64,000 bases of DNA from Candidatus Multivoradales bacterium (GCA_965223155.1 CBDCVR010000013.1:384001-448000), one strand, 5' to 3'. Counted from the stretch's first letter, positions 37,221 to 47,187 are shown. Translations and numbers: made by a program. The notes: generated by a model not told the origin, from the sequence alone.

Positions 37221-37375
37221 GTGTCCCGGTCGCTAGCGGCCGCGGGAGGCGGCTTGTCCATTCTATCCGGTCCTCGCCGAGGACGCTGGCGGGTGTCAAG
37301 TTCCCGAATCGATCCGGGCCTTGTCCCGGAATTGGCTTTGAACTTGGTCCGAGTCCGGCCCGGAATTGGATCGAA

Positions 37376-37450
37376 TGGAGCGGGAAACGGGATTCGAACC
37401 CGCGACCCCAACCTTGGCAAGGTTGTGCTCTACCACTGAGCTATTCCCGC
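37376..37450 (-). tRNA. tRNA-Gly (GCC)
   Basis: GCGGGAATAGCTCAGTGGTAGAGCACAACCT-TGCCAA-GGTTG..GGTTCGAATCCCGTTTCCCGCTCCA. Confidence 0.97.
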
Positions 37451-37465
37451 GCCCCAAGGGTGCGA

Positions 37466-37494
37466 AGAATACGAGCGCACCGGGGGGATGTCAA
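37466..37494 (-). promoter_or_regulatory. Sigma70 promoter of tRNA-Gly/Cys (TTGACA-17-TATTCT)
   Basis: Consensus -35 and near-consensus -10, ending 15 nt upstream of tRNA-Gly. Confidence 0.7.
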
Positions 37495-37501
37495 GGTGCG
37501 G

Positions 37502-37921
37502 TCAGGGCAGGGAAAACGCGTCTCGCAAGAGTGTAAAGCGCCAGCCTGTGCCCTGCCGGTCGAGGGCCAGAACGTCGAAGCGGCACGGCCCGTTCCAGGC
37601 GTTGCGGGCGAGAAAGAGACTCGCCGCCGTGGCGATCCGCTCCTGCTTGTCAGGCGTGACCGATCCGATCGCCGGGCCGTAGGCGTCGGAGCGCCGGGCC
37701 TTGATCTCGACGAAGCACAGGACGTCCGGGTCGCTTCGCCCGCCCTCCTCTACCGCGATGACGTCGATCTCGGCAATCCTAGCCTGGAAGTTGGTTGCGA
37801 CGACGCGATAGCCATGCCGTTCGAGCCAGCGAACGGCCTCCGCTTCGGCCAGGCTGCCCTTGGCCCGTGTGTGGCCGGCGCGCTCGAAGGCTCGGCCGCA
37901 CAGAAATTTCCTAGGACCCAC
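37502..37921 (-). CDS. yraN: YraN (UPF0102) family protein
   Basis: G..AE..A..WL...GY, EIDVIA, LCFVEIKAR, CRFDV. Start uncertain. Confidence 0.88.
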   Translation of the reverse strand: MGPRKFLCGRAFERAGHTRAKGSLAEAEAVRWLERHGYRVVATNFQARIAEIDVIAVEEGGRSDPDVLCFVEIKARRSDAYGPAIGSVTPDKQERIATAASLFLARNAWNGPCRFDVLALDRQGTGWRFTLLRDAFSLP

Positions 37922-38023
37922 ATCCGAAAGGACGCGCTCCTGCGTTGCGATCTGACAGTGGAGACTTCGCGGTAGCCGACCCGAGCCTTGGTGTCGGCTG
38001 ATACCCGCCTTCCCCGCTGGCCG

Positions 38024-39508
38024 CTAGCGCCGCTTCCAGCGCGTGCCCTGGGGAGTGTCTTCGAGGACGATGCCGGCGGCGGTCAACTGATCGCGGATCT
38101 CGTCCGAGCGGGCAAAGTCCTTGGCTTTGCGGGCAGCGGTGCGCTCCGCGATCAGGTCCTCGATCTCCTGCTCCGCCAAGCCGTCCGACTCGCTGGTGTC
38201 CGAGTCACCCTGCCAAGATTCCGGATCGAGGACGCCAAGGACGGTGTCGGCTTCGGCCAGGGCGGCAAGGATCCTCTCGCGGTCCCCGGCCCCGAGTCCT
38301 TCCCCATCAATCGTCGTGTTGACGGCGCGGACGAAATCGAAGACCGCGGCGAAGGCCTTGGGGGTGTTGAGGTCCGCGGCCAGAGCGCCGGAGAAGGCGT
38401 CTTCGAAGGTTTCGATGGCGTCCGTAATCGCCTTGCGCTCGGAACTTCCCTCGCCGAGGGCGGTTCCGGCATGCGCCAGACGGAAGCGCATCTCGTCGAT
38501 CCGGCCGAGAGCCGCGGCCGCATCTTCGAGCGAGCGGAAGGTGAAGTTGAGCTTGGTCTTGTAGTGGACCGAGGCGAAGAGGTAGCGCAGAGCTCGTGGC
38601 GCGACATCCCGTTCCAACAGATCGTCCAGCGTGTAGAAGTTGCCGAGGGACTTCGACATCTTCTCGCCGTCCACGATCAAGTGCTCGGCATGGACCCAGT
38701 GCCGGGCGAAGGGCTTGCCGGTCGCGGTCTCGCTCTGGGCGATCTCGTTTTCGTGGTGCGGGAAGATGTTGTCCACGCCGCCGCAGTGAATGTCGAAGCT
38801 CTCGCCCAGGTACTTCATCGCCATCGCCGAGCACTCGAGGTGCCAGCCCGGCCGTCCGGCGCCCCAAGGTGAGTCCCACTGGGGCTCGCCCGGCTTGGCG
38901 CCTTTCCAGAGGACGAAATCGCGAGCGTCTTCCTTGCCGTATTCGTCGGAGGCGACGCGCTCACCCACCCTGACCTCGTCCAGGTCGAAGCCTGAAAGCT
39001 TGCCGTAGTCCTCGTCCTCGCGGATGCGGAAGAAGACCGAATCGTCCTGCCGGTAGGCGGCGCCGGTCTCGAACAACCGCTCGATCAGGGCGATCATCTC
39101 GGGAACGTGCTCGGTGGCCCGCGGGTACTCCTCGGCACGCTCCACGTGGAGGGTATCCAGGGACTCGAAGAAGGCTTCGATGAAAGGAGCGGTGTAGGCG
39201 CCGAGCTCGACTCCTTGTTCGGCGGCCCGGGCGATGGTCTTGTCGTCGACGTCGGTCAGGTTCATGACCTGGACGACCTCGTAGCCCAGATAGCGCAGCG
39301 TCCGCCGCAGGATGTCCTCGAAGAGGAAGGTGCGCAGGTTCCCGATGTGCGGGCGGTCGTAGACCGTGGGTCCGCAGGTGTAGACGCGAACCGCGGGGCG
39401 CCCGCAGGAATCGGAGTCCTTCCCGCGTTCGGAGCCGACCGGGTCGAGGGCTTCCAGCCGCCGCCCGAGGGTGTTGTAGAGCTCGAGCCGCGGCCTCGTG
39501 CGGCTCAG
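38024..39508 (-). CDS. cysS: Cysteinyl-tRNA synthetase (apparent CTG start)
   Basis: The frame reads LYNTL..VYTCGPTVYDRPHIGN upstream of the listed ORF start, then NLTDVDDK, GRPGWHLECS, HHENEIAQ, KMSKS. CTG 39508 overlaps the upstream TGA, with GAGG 7 nt before. Confidence 0.93.
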   Translation of the reverse strand: MSRTRPRLELYNTLGRRLEALDPVGSERGKDSDSCGRPAVRVYTCGPTVYDRPHIGNLRTFLFEDILRRTLRYLGYEVVQVMNLTDVDDKTIARAAEQGVELGAYTAPFIEAFFESLDTLHVERAEEYPRATEHVPEMIALIERLFETGAAYRQDDSVFFRIREDEDYGKLSGFDLDEVRVGERVASDEYGKEDARDFVLWKGAKPGEPQWDSPWGAGRPGWHLECSAMAMKYLGESFDIHCGGVDNIFPHHENEIAQSETATGKPFARHWVHAEHLIVDGEKMSKSLGNFYTLDDLLERDVAPRALRYLFASVHYKTKLNFTFRSLEDAAAALGRIDEMRFRLAHAGTALGEGSSERKAITDAIETFEDAFSGALAADLNTPKAFAAVFDFVRAVNTTIDGEGLGAGDRERILAALAEADTVLGVLDPESWQGDSDTSESDGLAEQEIEDLIAERTAARKAKDFARSDEIRDQLTAAGIVLEDTPQGTRWKRR

Positions 39509-40134
39509 AGCTTGACCTCGACCGAGCCCGCGATCCAGTCGGTCGCTTCGATCACGTTGCCCTCGGAGTCGACCGCGTTGTTGGAGCGGAACCGGAAGGC
39601 ACCGTCGCCCGCCTTGCCACCGTTTCGGAACCGGATCGTGAAGAGCACGCCGGAGCCGTCGACCCCCGCCCTGTTGCCGATGCGCGAGATGCCGATCACC
39701 AGGGTGTCCCCCTGCCGCTTGACCAGGATCTCGGGCTCGACACCTCCGGCCTCCAGAAACGAGCCCACGTCGACGCCGTTTCGACGAAACGTCAACAGGT
39801 CCTCAGGGAACTCCAGATCGAAGCTCACGCCGTAGAGATCCGTAACCTGGCTGGCGCGAACCTCGAGGGTGAAGTCGGAGGTCGTGTCCGCCGTGTCGTT
39901 GCCGTCGAGGTGAATCGTGTCGCTCCCCGGTGCGCCGTTGGGGGTAAAGAGGATCCCTTGAGCCGGCGGCGGAGGTGGCGGCGGGGGGCCGGGCGGCGGC
40001 GGAGCGGTCGGACTGCCGCCACCTCCCCCTCCGCAAGCGGCCACGAGGGCGGCCACCAGCAGCACCAGCAAAGCCACCGCGCGCGTGTTATCTGTTCCGA
40101 AAACTCCGAATCGATCGTGTTGCCGTCGTCTCAC
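39505..40134 (-). CDS. Lipoprotein with Pro-rich linker and cohesin-like Ig domain
   Basis: Lipobox LVAAC-GGGG; poly-Pro; DLYGVSFDLEFPEDLLTF..G.FL..GSGVLFTIRF. Confidence 0.75.
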   Translation of the reverse strand: MRRRQHDRFGVFGTDNTRAVALLVLLVAALVAACGGGGGGSPTAPPPPGPPPPPPPPAQGILFTPNGAPGSDTIHLDGNDTADTTSDFTLEVRASQVTDLYGVSFDLEFPEDLLTFRRNGVDVGSFLEAGGVEPEILVKRQGDTLVIGISRIGNRAGVDGSGVLFTIRFRNGGKAGDGAFRFRSNNAVDSEGNVIEATDWIAGSVEVKL

Positions 40135-40137
40135 CCT

Positions 40138-40662
40138 CTAGGCTCCTGTGGGCACGAGTTGCTCGTCCCGTAGTTTTCGTAAATGTCGCTTGGCCTTCTC
40201 GCGGCGAAGTCCGCGCAGCCGATCCACGAAGAGGATCCCGTCCAGGTGATCCACTTCGTGGCAGATGGCCCGGGCCAGGAAGTCCTCTGCCTCGAATTCC
40301 ATGATCTCGCCCTGTAAGGACTGGGCGCGGACGTGGATCCAGGTCGGACGGTCAACCTTTTCGGTCAGGCCGTTGATCGAGAGGCAGCCTTCCAAATCCT
40401 TCTCCGAGCCGCTGCCGTCCAGGATCTCCGGATTCACCAGTACCAGGAGCGCGTCTTCCTCTTCGCCGACGGTCACGTCCACCACCGCGATGCGGCGAGC
40501 GACGCCCACCTGCGGCCCGGCGAGACCGACTCCCGGCGCCGAGTACATGGTCTCGACCATGTCGGCGGCCAGGCGCGTGAGCCCGTCATCGAAGGCCTCG
40601 ACCCGCCGGCACTCTTCCCGCAGCACCGGATCGGGATACTGCCGGATCTCGAGAACGCTCAC
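40138..40662 (-). CDS. def: Peptide deformylase
   Basis: GVGLAGPQ, EGCLS, HEVDHLDG. Confidence 0.96.
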   Translation of the reverse strand: MSVLEIRQYPDPVLREECRRVEAFDDGLTRLAADMVETMYSAPGVGLAGPQVGVARRIAVVDVTVGEEEDALLVLVNPEILDGSGSEKDLEGCLSINGLTEKVDRPTWIHVRAQSLQGEIMEFEAEDFLARAICHEVDHLDGILFVDRLRGLRREKAKRHLRKLRDEQLVPTGA

Positions 40663-41639
40663 TCGCTCATCTCCTCCGATGCCCCTTCGCCCCCTGCGTC
40701 ACCTGGAGCGTCGCTCGGGGCGCTGATCGCGGGCTCGCCCTGGGATTCAGCCGGATGCGCGGCCTTGATCTTGCCGATCGCGTCCGCGATGTCCGTGTCC
40801 AAGCGTTGGATCTGTAACGTGTCCAAAAAGGCCCGAGGATCCTCTTCGCCCGTAAGCGCCTGCTGCACCCCGCGCCGATCCAGGACCAGGGCCAGGGTCT
40901 TCTCCAAGGCTCGGTAGTTGGCCGGCCAGGGCTCGCGCCGAAAGAGCGCCCGGTCGCCGACCATGTCGCCGCCGTGGAAGATCCGCAGCTCAGTCGTTGC
41001 GCCGGTAGCGAGCTCGACCTCCGCGGCGACCGAACCGGTCACGAGAGTGAACATCTCGACCCGCTTCTCGTCCCTGCGCGCGAGGAGCTCGCCCTTCTTG
41101 AAGCGACGAAAATCCATCGCTGGCATGAGCTTGCCGAGCTGCTCCTCCGAGAGCACTTCCACCAGAGGACCCCGCACGAGATCGGGCCAGTGTTTGCGGA
41201 CTTCGAAAGCCCAAGACTTGCCGATCAGGCTGTCCACCACCATGTCGCGCCGGTGGTCGAGACGCTTGGCACGCTCGATCGACGCCATCTTCCCCAAGAG
41301 GCGCTCCTCGCCGGGCATCATCCGGCTGAGCTTCGAGAGCAAGGCGTGGCCGCGATCGAAGAATCCGTCCCGGGTGTAGCGGTCGGCGATCGAAAGATAT
41401 TCGGCGATTCCCTCCGTAGGCTCCCCGGTCTTCAAGTACACGTCGGCGAGCTGAATGCGAGAGCGGTAGTCATTCGGACGGTGCTTGACTCGCTTCTTGA
41501 GCTTAGTCCGGGCTTCCTCGTAGCGCTCGAGCGTGATCAGGTCATCGATGGTCAGCTCTTCCTCACCTACGGCGCCGCCCTGGCCGCCGCTCTTGGCGGA
41601 CGACGGACGAATCTTCTCGAGAAAATCTTTGAAGGCCAT
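40659..41639 (-). CDS. TPR plus cyclic-nucleotide-binding domain protein
   Basis: TPR-like RIQLADVYLKTGE..; cNMP-fold FKKGELL..MFTLVTGSV..GDMVGDRAL. Confidence 0.7.
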   Translation of the reverse strand: MAFKDFLEKIRPSSAKSGGQGGAVGEEELTIDDLITLERYEEARTKLKKRVKHRPNDYRSRIQLADVYLKTGEPTEGIAEYLSIADRYTRDGFFDRGHALLSKLSRMMPGEERLLGKMASIERAKRLDHRRDMVVDSLIGKSWAFEVRKHWPDLVRGPLVEVLSEEQLGKLMPAMDFRRFKKGELLARRDEKRVEMFTLVTGSVAAEVELATGATTELRIFHGGDMVGDRALFRREPWPANYRALEKTLALVLDRRGVQQALTGEEDPRAFLDTLQIQRLDTDIADAIGKIKAAHPAESQGEPAISAPSDAPGDAGGEGASEEMSE

Positions 41640-41827
41640 GGGCTGCTCCGCATCTGGACCGTCACGCTTTGAGGACGTTCTGTCCCACGGTCCGAGAATG
41701 CCTGCGATTATAGCCGCTGGGCCAAGCCGGAACGAGAGGCGAACGGCCAGCCCGGCGTGGTATGTGCCTTGCAAAATCAGGGGCTGAGGGTCCTCGAGAG
41801 ACCCACCGAACGACCGAGACGAGGACG

Positions 41828-44278
41828 ATGATGAACGCACACCAACTCCCATCCAACAGGTGGCCGACAACGAGCGCCATGTTGCTGGCTCTGCTCGCGA
41901 CCGCCGGGCTTGTGACCGCGGACGCCGCCGGCGCGCAGGATCGGTGGAACGATCCGGGTTCTTCGCAAGCTGGCGCGCATGCCGATGCGGCGATCGATGA
42001 CGACGCCATCGGCTACGGCTTCGTGCGAACCGTCGAGGGTTCGGTGACGCTGTCCGGCCTCGACGCCACCGAACCCGCCGGCTACGGCTCGCGCGCGCAA
42101 GAGGCGGTGGAAGCCGAAGTGAACCACCCCCTGCTCTCCGGAGACGTCTTGACCACGTACTCCTCGGGTCGAGCCGAGGTGGTGCTGCCGGACGGCGGTG
42201 TCATTCGCATCGACCGCTCGTCCCGGCTTACCTTCGAAGCCCTGTTCGGTTCGCCCGACACCCGCGCGGGCCGGGCCACGGAGTTGGTGCTGGACGAGGG
42301 CGAGATTCTGCTGCGCACCGACGACTATGGCTCCGCTGACACGACCCTCGTTGCTCCCAACGCGGTCGTCTATCTCGCGCCCGGTGGCCTCTACCGCGTC
42401 ACCATCTTCGACTACGACTTCACAGAGGTCGTCGTGAGGCGGGGCCTGGCCGAGGCCGAGACCTCCGAAGGCTCCTCAATCGCCCGCGGCGGGGAGCTTC
42501 TGGAAGTGCGTGGCAGCGGCCGGTCGTACGCCACCCTTGCCTCGGCGGGCGGCGCCGACGAGCTGGAGTTCTGGAGCCAGGAGCTCGAAGGCGGAGTTCC
42601 CGCCTCAGCCACTCGTCACGTCGAGCCGAGACTTCGGTACGCGGCCCATTCCCTCCACGGCAACGGCGACTGGGTCCAGTACCAGAGCTCATGGGCCTGG
42701 CGGCCCTACGTCGGCTCGGCCTGGAGGCCCTTCGTGGACGGCCGGTGGGTGTACACGCCGAGCGGCCTGACCTGGGTGGCCTCGGCCCGCTGGGGCTGGC
42801 TCACCAGCCACTACGGGTCCTGGGACCACGTGCCCGGCTACGGCTGGATGTGGTTCCCAGGTGCGGTCTACTCGCCAGCCAGTGTCTACTGGTACTGGGG
42901 CCCGACCTATGTGGGCTGGGTTCCGAGCGGGTACTACAGCCGCTACTACGGCTACTCGGGTTTTCGCCTCGGCGTCTACGGCTGGGCCGGCGGACCCTGG
43001 AGCTACTTCGACTCCTGGACCTTCTGCCCCACCCGCTACTTCGGACGGCGGGGCTACGACAGATACTGGGGCTCGGGGCGGGACATCGGCCGCAGGGCCA
43101 GATTCGCCGTTCCTCGAGGCATCGTAACGACCGACACCCGCGGCATCACGCCCGATCGCTGGGGCAAGCCGGGAGAGATTCTCGGAACGCTCAGCCGGCG
43201 CGGCTCGGCGGTTCGGACCTCGGAGTTGGTTCGTGCGGGCGGCGGCCTGCCGGATGTGAGCCGGTTCGTCGCTCGGCGGGACCGTTCCGATGGCCTCCTC
43301 GCCTCGCGTCTCGACGCTGGGCGCCGCGGCGCGAGCCTCCGGCCCTTGGCCGAGTCCGGGACCCTCGAGCGCTCCGTGGCGGGCCGATCCGCCTTGCGTC
43401 CTTCGGGCTCCGCCGCTCGCAACGACCGCGGTCTCCAGCCGAGCGGTTCCCGCCTGGGCCGCCCCCAAAGCGGCCTCCGGACTGGCTCTTCGGGTACCGA
43501 CCGAGGCGCTGCCGATCGCATCGAATCGCTGCGCTCCCGGGCGAGAAGCGACTCCGGGAGTCTCAGCCGGGCTCCGCAGAGCCCACGGTCGACCGTGGGT
43601 ACCGACCGAGGTCGGTTGGACACCAGCACCCGAGATCGCTCTCGCCTGGCCCCACCCACCAGCCGAACGGGGGCTCGGCCTCCCATCCGTTCCGAAATCC
43701 GGCCCGAAACCCGGCCCCCGCTTCGAACGCCGCCGGGATCCGGGACACTCTCTGATCCGCGCTCAGATGTACGATCGCGCACCCGGCTCGAGAGGCGGCC
43801 GCCAGCTCAGCCCTCTCCGCCGGCCCGGCACGGCGGCATCTCCGGAACCAGAGAGCGAACCCCGCTCACCCCTTCAGGCGCCGACCGCCGGAGCGTGATC
43901 GACCGAATTCAGCGCTACCGGGAAGGCTTGGGCAGCCGCGTTCGTACCAACCCGCCTCCATCTCGGCCTTCGGGTTCTCGGCCCGCGACGACTCCGCCTC
44001 CTTCCCGGCTCCAGTCCCCCTCGTCGCGTCCGGGCGGTTCTCATGCCCGGCCCAGCTCGCAGCCTAGTGGATCGAGCTTGCGACCTTCGCAGCCCTCGCG
44101 AAGCCCGTCGCGGGCACCGCAACGAGTCGCTCCGCCCTCGAGCCGGTCCGGTTCGTCGAGTCTGTCCCGCAACGGCAGCGTGCGCTCACCGCGGAGCTCC
44201 GGCGGATCTTCCCGAGCCAGCGCGAGCCGTGGCTCTAGCCGCAGCTCGGGGCGCAGGCGCGACAACGGCGGCCGCTAG
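41828..44278 (+). CDS. Secreted FecR plus DUF6600-like protein with long Arg/Ser/Pro-rich tail
   Basis: Signal peptide; VNHPLLSGD..GRAEV (FecR); WRPFVDGRWVY..WGWLTSHYGSW..GWMWFPG..PASVYW; low-complexity C-terminus. Confidence 0.85.
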   Translation: MMNAHQLPSNRWPTTSAMLLALLATAGLVTADAAGAQDRWNDPGSSQAGAHADAAIDDDAIGYGFVRTVEGSVTLSGLDATEPAGYGSRAQEAVEAEVNHPLLSGDVLTTYSSGRAEVVLPDGGVIRIDRSSRLTFEALFGSPDTRAGRATELVLDEGEILLRTDDYGSADTTLVAPNAVVYLAPGGLYRVTIFDYDFTEVVVRRGLAEAETSEGSSIARGGELLEVRGSGRSYATLASAGGADELEFWSQELEGGVPASATRHVEPRLRYAAHSLHGNGDWVQYQSSWAWRPYVGSAWRPFVDGRWVYTPSGLTWVASARWGWLTSHYGSWDHVPGYGWMWFPGAVYSPASVYWYWGPTYVGWVPSGYYSRYYGYSGFRLGVYGWAGGPWSYFDSWTFCPTRYFGRRGYDRYWGSGRDIGRRARFAVPRGIVTTDTRGITPDRWGKPGEILGTLSRRGSAVRTSELVRAGGGLPDVSRFVARRDRSDGLLASRLDAGRRGASLRPLAESGTLERSVAGRSALRPSGSAARNDRGLQPSGSRLGRPQSGLRTGSSGTDRGAADRIESLRSRARSDSGSLSRAPQSPRSTVGTDRGRLDTSTRDRSRLAPPTSRTGARPPIRSEIRPETRPPLRTPPGSGTLSDPRSDVRSRTRLERRPPAQPSPPARHGGISGTRERTPLTPSGADRRSVIDRIQRYREGLGSRVRTNPPPSRPSGSRPATTPPPSRLQSPSSRPGGSHARPSSQPSGSSLRPSQPSRSPSRAPQRVAPPSSRSGSSSLSRNGSVRSPRSSGGSSRASASRGSSRSSGRRRDNGGR

Positions 44279-44301
44279 AGCGATCGGGCTAGAATCCCGC
44301 G

Positions 44302-44541
44302 GTGAGCTCGCGGGGCATCTTTCAGGCGCTCTTTATTCTTTACTGCGCCGAGGCCGGGGCTTTCCTGTTGCTCGCGCCGTGGAGCCCGGTCTGGGATCGC
44401 GCCATCGGCAACCTGCTGCCACCCCTGCTCGCAACCGTGTACGCCAGCCCGTACTTCCGGGGTGCTATCTCGGGCCTCGGCGCCGTGCACCTGCTCTGGG
44501 GAGTTCACGATCTCGAAGCCTGGCTCAGCCGGCGCAAATGA
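44302..44541 (+). CDS. Small two-TM membrane protein
   Basis: E.G.FLLLAPWS..W..YFRGAISGLG; ATGA-coupled to the next gene; TAGAAT 6 nt upstream. Confidence 0.7.
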   Translation: MSSRGIFQALFILYCAEAGAFLLLAPWSPVWDRAIGNLLPPLLATVYASPYFRGAISGLGAVHLLWGVHDLEAWLSRRK

Positions 44542-45272
44542 GAAGGTCCTTCCAGCCGCCTCGGGTCGTGGCGATCAGCTCGGGCCGGGCGCGGCCCGGT
44601 TCCGCCTGGCGGGTTCTCGAACCCTGGTTCGAGCATGTCGCAACGCTGCAACCGGACGCGGTTCACCTCCGTGAGAAGGCCTTACCCGACCGAGAGCTCC
44701 TGGAGGTCTGCCGCAGGGGTCGAGCCATACTGCCTGAACCCGTCGCTCTGATCCTCGCCCAACGACCGGACCTCGCGAACGCCGGCGGAGCCAGCGGCGT
44801 TCACCTGCCGGCCTCGGGCTTGCCCGCCGGGCAAGTCCGGAGGGCCTTTCCCGAGCTCTCGCTCGCCGTCTCGACTCACTCGGTGACCGAAGTTTGGCTT
44901 GCCGCCGAGGCCGGAGCCGACTATGTCTACTTCGGACCGGTCTTCGCCACCCCCGAGAAGGTCCGCTATGGACCCGCCCAGGGCCTTGCCGCGCTCGCGG
45001 AGGCGTCTGGCCAAGGCCTGCCGGTCCTGGCGGTCGGCGGTATCGACTCGCGACGGCTCGCGGCCGTACACCGGGCCGGAGCCGCCGGGGTGGCCGCGAT
45101 CCGTTGGTTCTCGTCTCACGAAGTCGATCGAGCCCTGGATCTGGAAACGGATCGGGCCGCGGAACAGAACCTGGATCGAGATTCCGGCCGGGAAGATCCC
45201 AACCGTTTCGGACCGGACGCGGCTGCGGCGATTTCGCGCCTGTGGCCAGTCCGGGAGACAATACCGACATGA
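44538..45272 (+). CDS. Thiamine-phosphate synthase (ThiE/TenI) family protein
   Basis: VHLREK, GVHL, STHS, ADYVYFGPVFATPEK, PVLAVGGI. Confidence 0.85.
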   Translation: MRRSFQPPRVVAISSGRARPGSAWRVLEPWFEHVATLQPDAVHLREKALPDRELLEVCRRGRAILPEPVALILAQRPDLANAGGASGVHLPASGLPAGQVRRAFPELSLAVSTHSVTEVWLAAEAGADYVYFGPVFATPEKVRYGPAQGLAALAEASGQGLPVLAVGGIDSRRLAAVHRAGAAGVAAIRWFSSHEVDRALDLETDRAAEQNLDRDSGREDPNRFGPDAAAAISRLWPVRETIPT

Positions 45273-45805
45273 AGTGGCCGGCCCGCAAGTCCGACTTTCT
45301 CCTGATCTCGGCGGCGATCTTTGTCCTGGACCAGTGGAGCAAGTTCCAGATCGAATCGAGCGTGCCGCTGCACCGCACGATCGAAGTGATTCCGGGATTC
45401 TTCAACTTGATCCACGTCGAGAACACGGGCGTCGCCTTCGGCCTCTTCGCCGCCCGCGGCGACAAGCTAGGCACATGGCTTCTGACGGGACTCGGCCTCG
45501 TCGCCCTCGCCGTGGTGTCGGTCTATTTCGCCAGGCTGGACCGCCGTGAGCGGCTGGCCCTCGGCGGTCTGGCCCTGGTCTTGGGCGGAGCCGTCGGCAA
45601 TCTCGTGGATCGCGTGCTGAGCGGCGGCGTGACCGACTTCCTGGACTTCTACCACGGCTCGTACCACTGGCACACCTTCAATGTCGCCGACAGCGCGATC
45701 ACCCTGGGGGTCTGCGTGATTCTCTTGGATTCCCTGCTTCAGGGCCGCCGGACCGGTCACGAGCCGGCGACAGCTGAGGCACCCGTTCGAACCGGCGGCG
45801 AGTGA
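45269..45805 (+). CDS. lspA: Lipoprotein signal peptidase II
   Basis: LDQWSK, NTGVAFG, GGAVGNLVDR, VTDFLD, FNVADSAI. Confidence 0.96.
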   Translation: MKWPARKSDFLLISAAIFVLDQWSKFQIESSVPLHRTIEVIPGFFNLIHVENTGVAFGLFAARGDKLGTWLLTGLGLVALAVVSVYFARLDRRERLALGGLALVLGGAVGNLVDRVLSGGVTDFLDFYHGSYHWHTFNVADSAITLGVCVILLDSLLQGRRTGHEPATAEAPVRTGGE

Positions 45806-46830
45806 CCGCTCAGTCTCCACCGCCGAATCGCTGGCGTATCTCGAACTCCGCTCGGGGAACGCGGCTCGACGCCTACCTGGCCGAGGCCTACGACGTCTCG
45901 CGAGCCCGGGCGGCCGCTTGGATCCGAGACGGAAGGGTGGCGCTCGGTGATCGGACGGTCAAGCCCGGCCTCAAGCTTCGCGGGGGCGAATGGGTTTCCT
46001 GCGAGCCGGCGCCGCCGGCCGCAGATGACCGCGTCCAGCCCGAGCCCGGGCCGCTTGTCGTGCTGTTCGAAGACCCGGACCTGGTCGTTCTGGACAAGCC
46101 CGCCGGTCTTGTCGTCCATCCCGGCGCGGGACGCCCGGGCGGCACCTTGGTCAACCGCCTGGTGGCCGCCTATCCCGAGATCGCCGCAGTGGGCGGAAGC
46201 GGCAGGCCGGGCATCGTTCACCGCCTGGACGCGGGCACCAGTGGAGTCATGGTGACAGCCCGAAGTGCGACAGCCTTCGAAGCGCTGAGTCGTGCCTTTG
46301 CCGAGCGCCGAGTCTCGAAACGCTACCTGACGATCGTTTTCGGGTGCCCGGATGTCAATGAAGGCTCGATCCAGGCGCCGATCGGCCGGCACCGGTTCCG
46401 ACGCAAGGAGATGGCGGTCACGAGCAGAGGCCGGGAGGCCGAGACCCGCTATCGCGTCCTGGCTTCAGCGGGCGAGCTCTCCCTGGTCGAGGCGGTTCCG
46501 ATCTCCGGTCGCACGCACCAGATCCGAGTGCATCTGCGTCACTTGGGCCACCCCATCCTGGCCGATCCGGTCTACGGCGAGAGCCGTTGGCGCTCGCTGC
46601 CGAAGAAGAAGGCGCTAGCCGCCGAGCGCCTGGACCGGCCGGCGCTCCATGCACAGGAGGTCGCGTTCGAGCACCCGCGCACCGGCACCGCGGTCTCCTT
46701 CACGGCGCCGTTTCCGGCCGCACTGGCCGAGGTATGGCAACGGATGACCGGAACGGACGTCGAAAGGCTAGCCGCCCATCTCGACGTTGCCTTTGAAGAA
46801 GGCTCCATCGGCGATCATGACCCTGGGTGA
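45802..46830 (+). CDS. rluD: RluA-family 23S rRNA pseudouridine synthase (RluD-like)
   Basis: S4 domain RLDAYLA; DKPAGLVVHP, GIVHRLDAGTSG, GRTHQIRVH. Confidence 0.9.
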   Translation: MTAQSPPPNRWRISNSARGTRLDAYLAEAYDVSRARAAAWIRDGRVALGDRTVKPGLKLRGGEWVSCEPAPPAADDRVQPEPGPLVVLFEDPDLVVLDKPAGLVVHPGAGRPGGTLVNRLVAAYPEIAAVGGSGRPGIVHRLDAGTSGVMVTARSATAFEALSRAFAERRVSKRYLTIVFGCPDVNEGSIQAPIGRHRFRRKEMAVTSRGREAETRYRVLASAGELSLVEAVPISGRTHQIRVHLRHLGHPILADPVYGESRWRSLPKKKALAAERLDRPALHAQEVAFEHPRTGTAVSFTAPFPAALAEVWQRMTGTDVERLAAHLDVAFEEGSIGDHDPG

Positions 46831-47187
46831 CTTGACGTCTCCCTTGACGCTTCCCTTCCCCAGGATCTCGATGGTCTCTTCGCCCAGGATGTTGCCCTCG
46901 ACGCGGCCGCCGACGCAGACTTCCTTGGCCTGAATTTCGCCGCGCACGAAGCCGCTGTCCTCGATGATGACCTTACCTTCGAGATTGAGCTTGCCATCCA
47001 CTTCACCCGAGATGCTGAGATTGCTGCTGCCGGTGATCTCGCCGCGAAACTTGAGCCCTTGGGCGATCTGTGTCGTCTGGGTCGGCGGCGCGACCGGACG
47101 GCTCCGTGGCGGTGCGGGCCGGCTGGGCTGAGGCTCGACCATGGACGGGGATTCGGGCGCTTCGTCTTCACGGCGAAAAATCGACAT
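46768..47187 (-). CDS. Bactofilin (polymer-forming cytoskeletal protein)
   Basis: IAQGLKFRGEI..LSISGEVDG..V.G.I..GRVEGNI..IADGAFFKG. Confidence 0.9.
   Translation of the reverse strand: MSIFRREDEAPESPSMVEPQPSRPAPPRSRPVAPPTQTTQIAQGLKFRGEITGSSNLSISGEVDGKLNLEGKVIIEDSGFVRGEIQAKEVCVGGRVEGNILGEETIEILGKGSVKGDVKSPRVMIADGAFFKGNVEMGG

Noticed and set aside
36516-37439. ORFs 36516..37070 and 36840..37439
   Set aside because: They overlap brnTA or tRNA genes and have no recognisable motif; at most a gene remnant.
46768-46830. 63-bp convergent overlap of rluD and bactofilin as a regulatory feature
   Set aside because: Short tail-to-tail overlaps are common in GC-rich genomes; nothing else supports a function.
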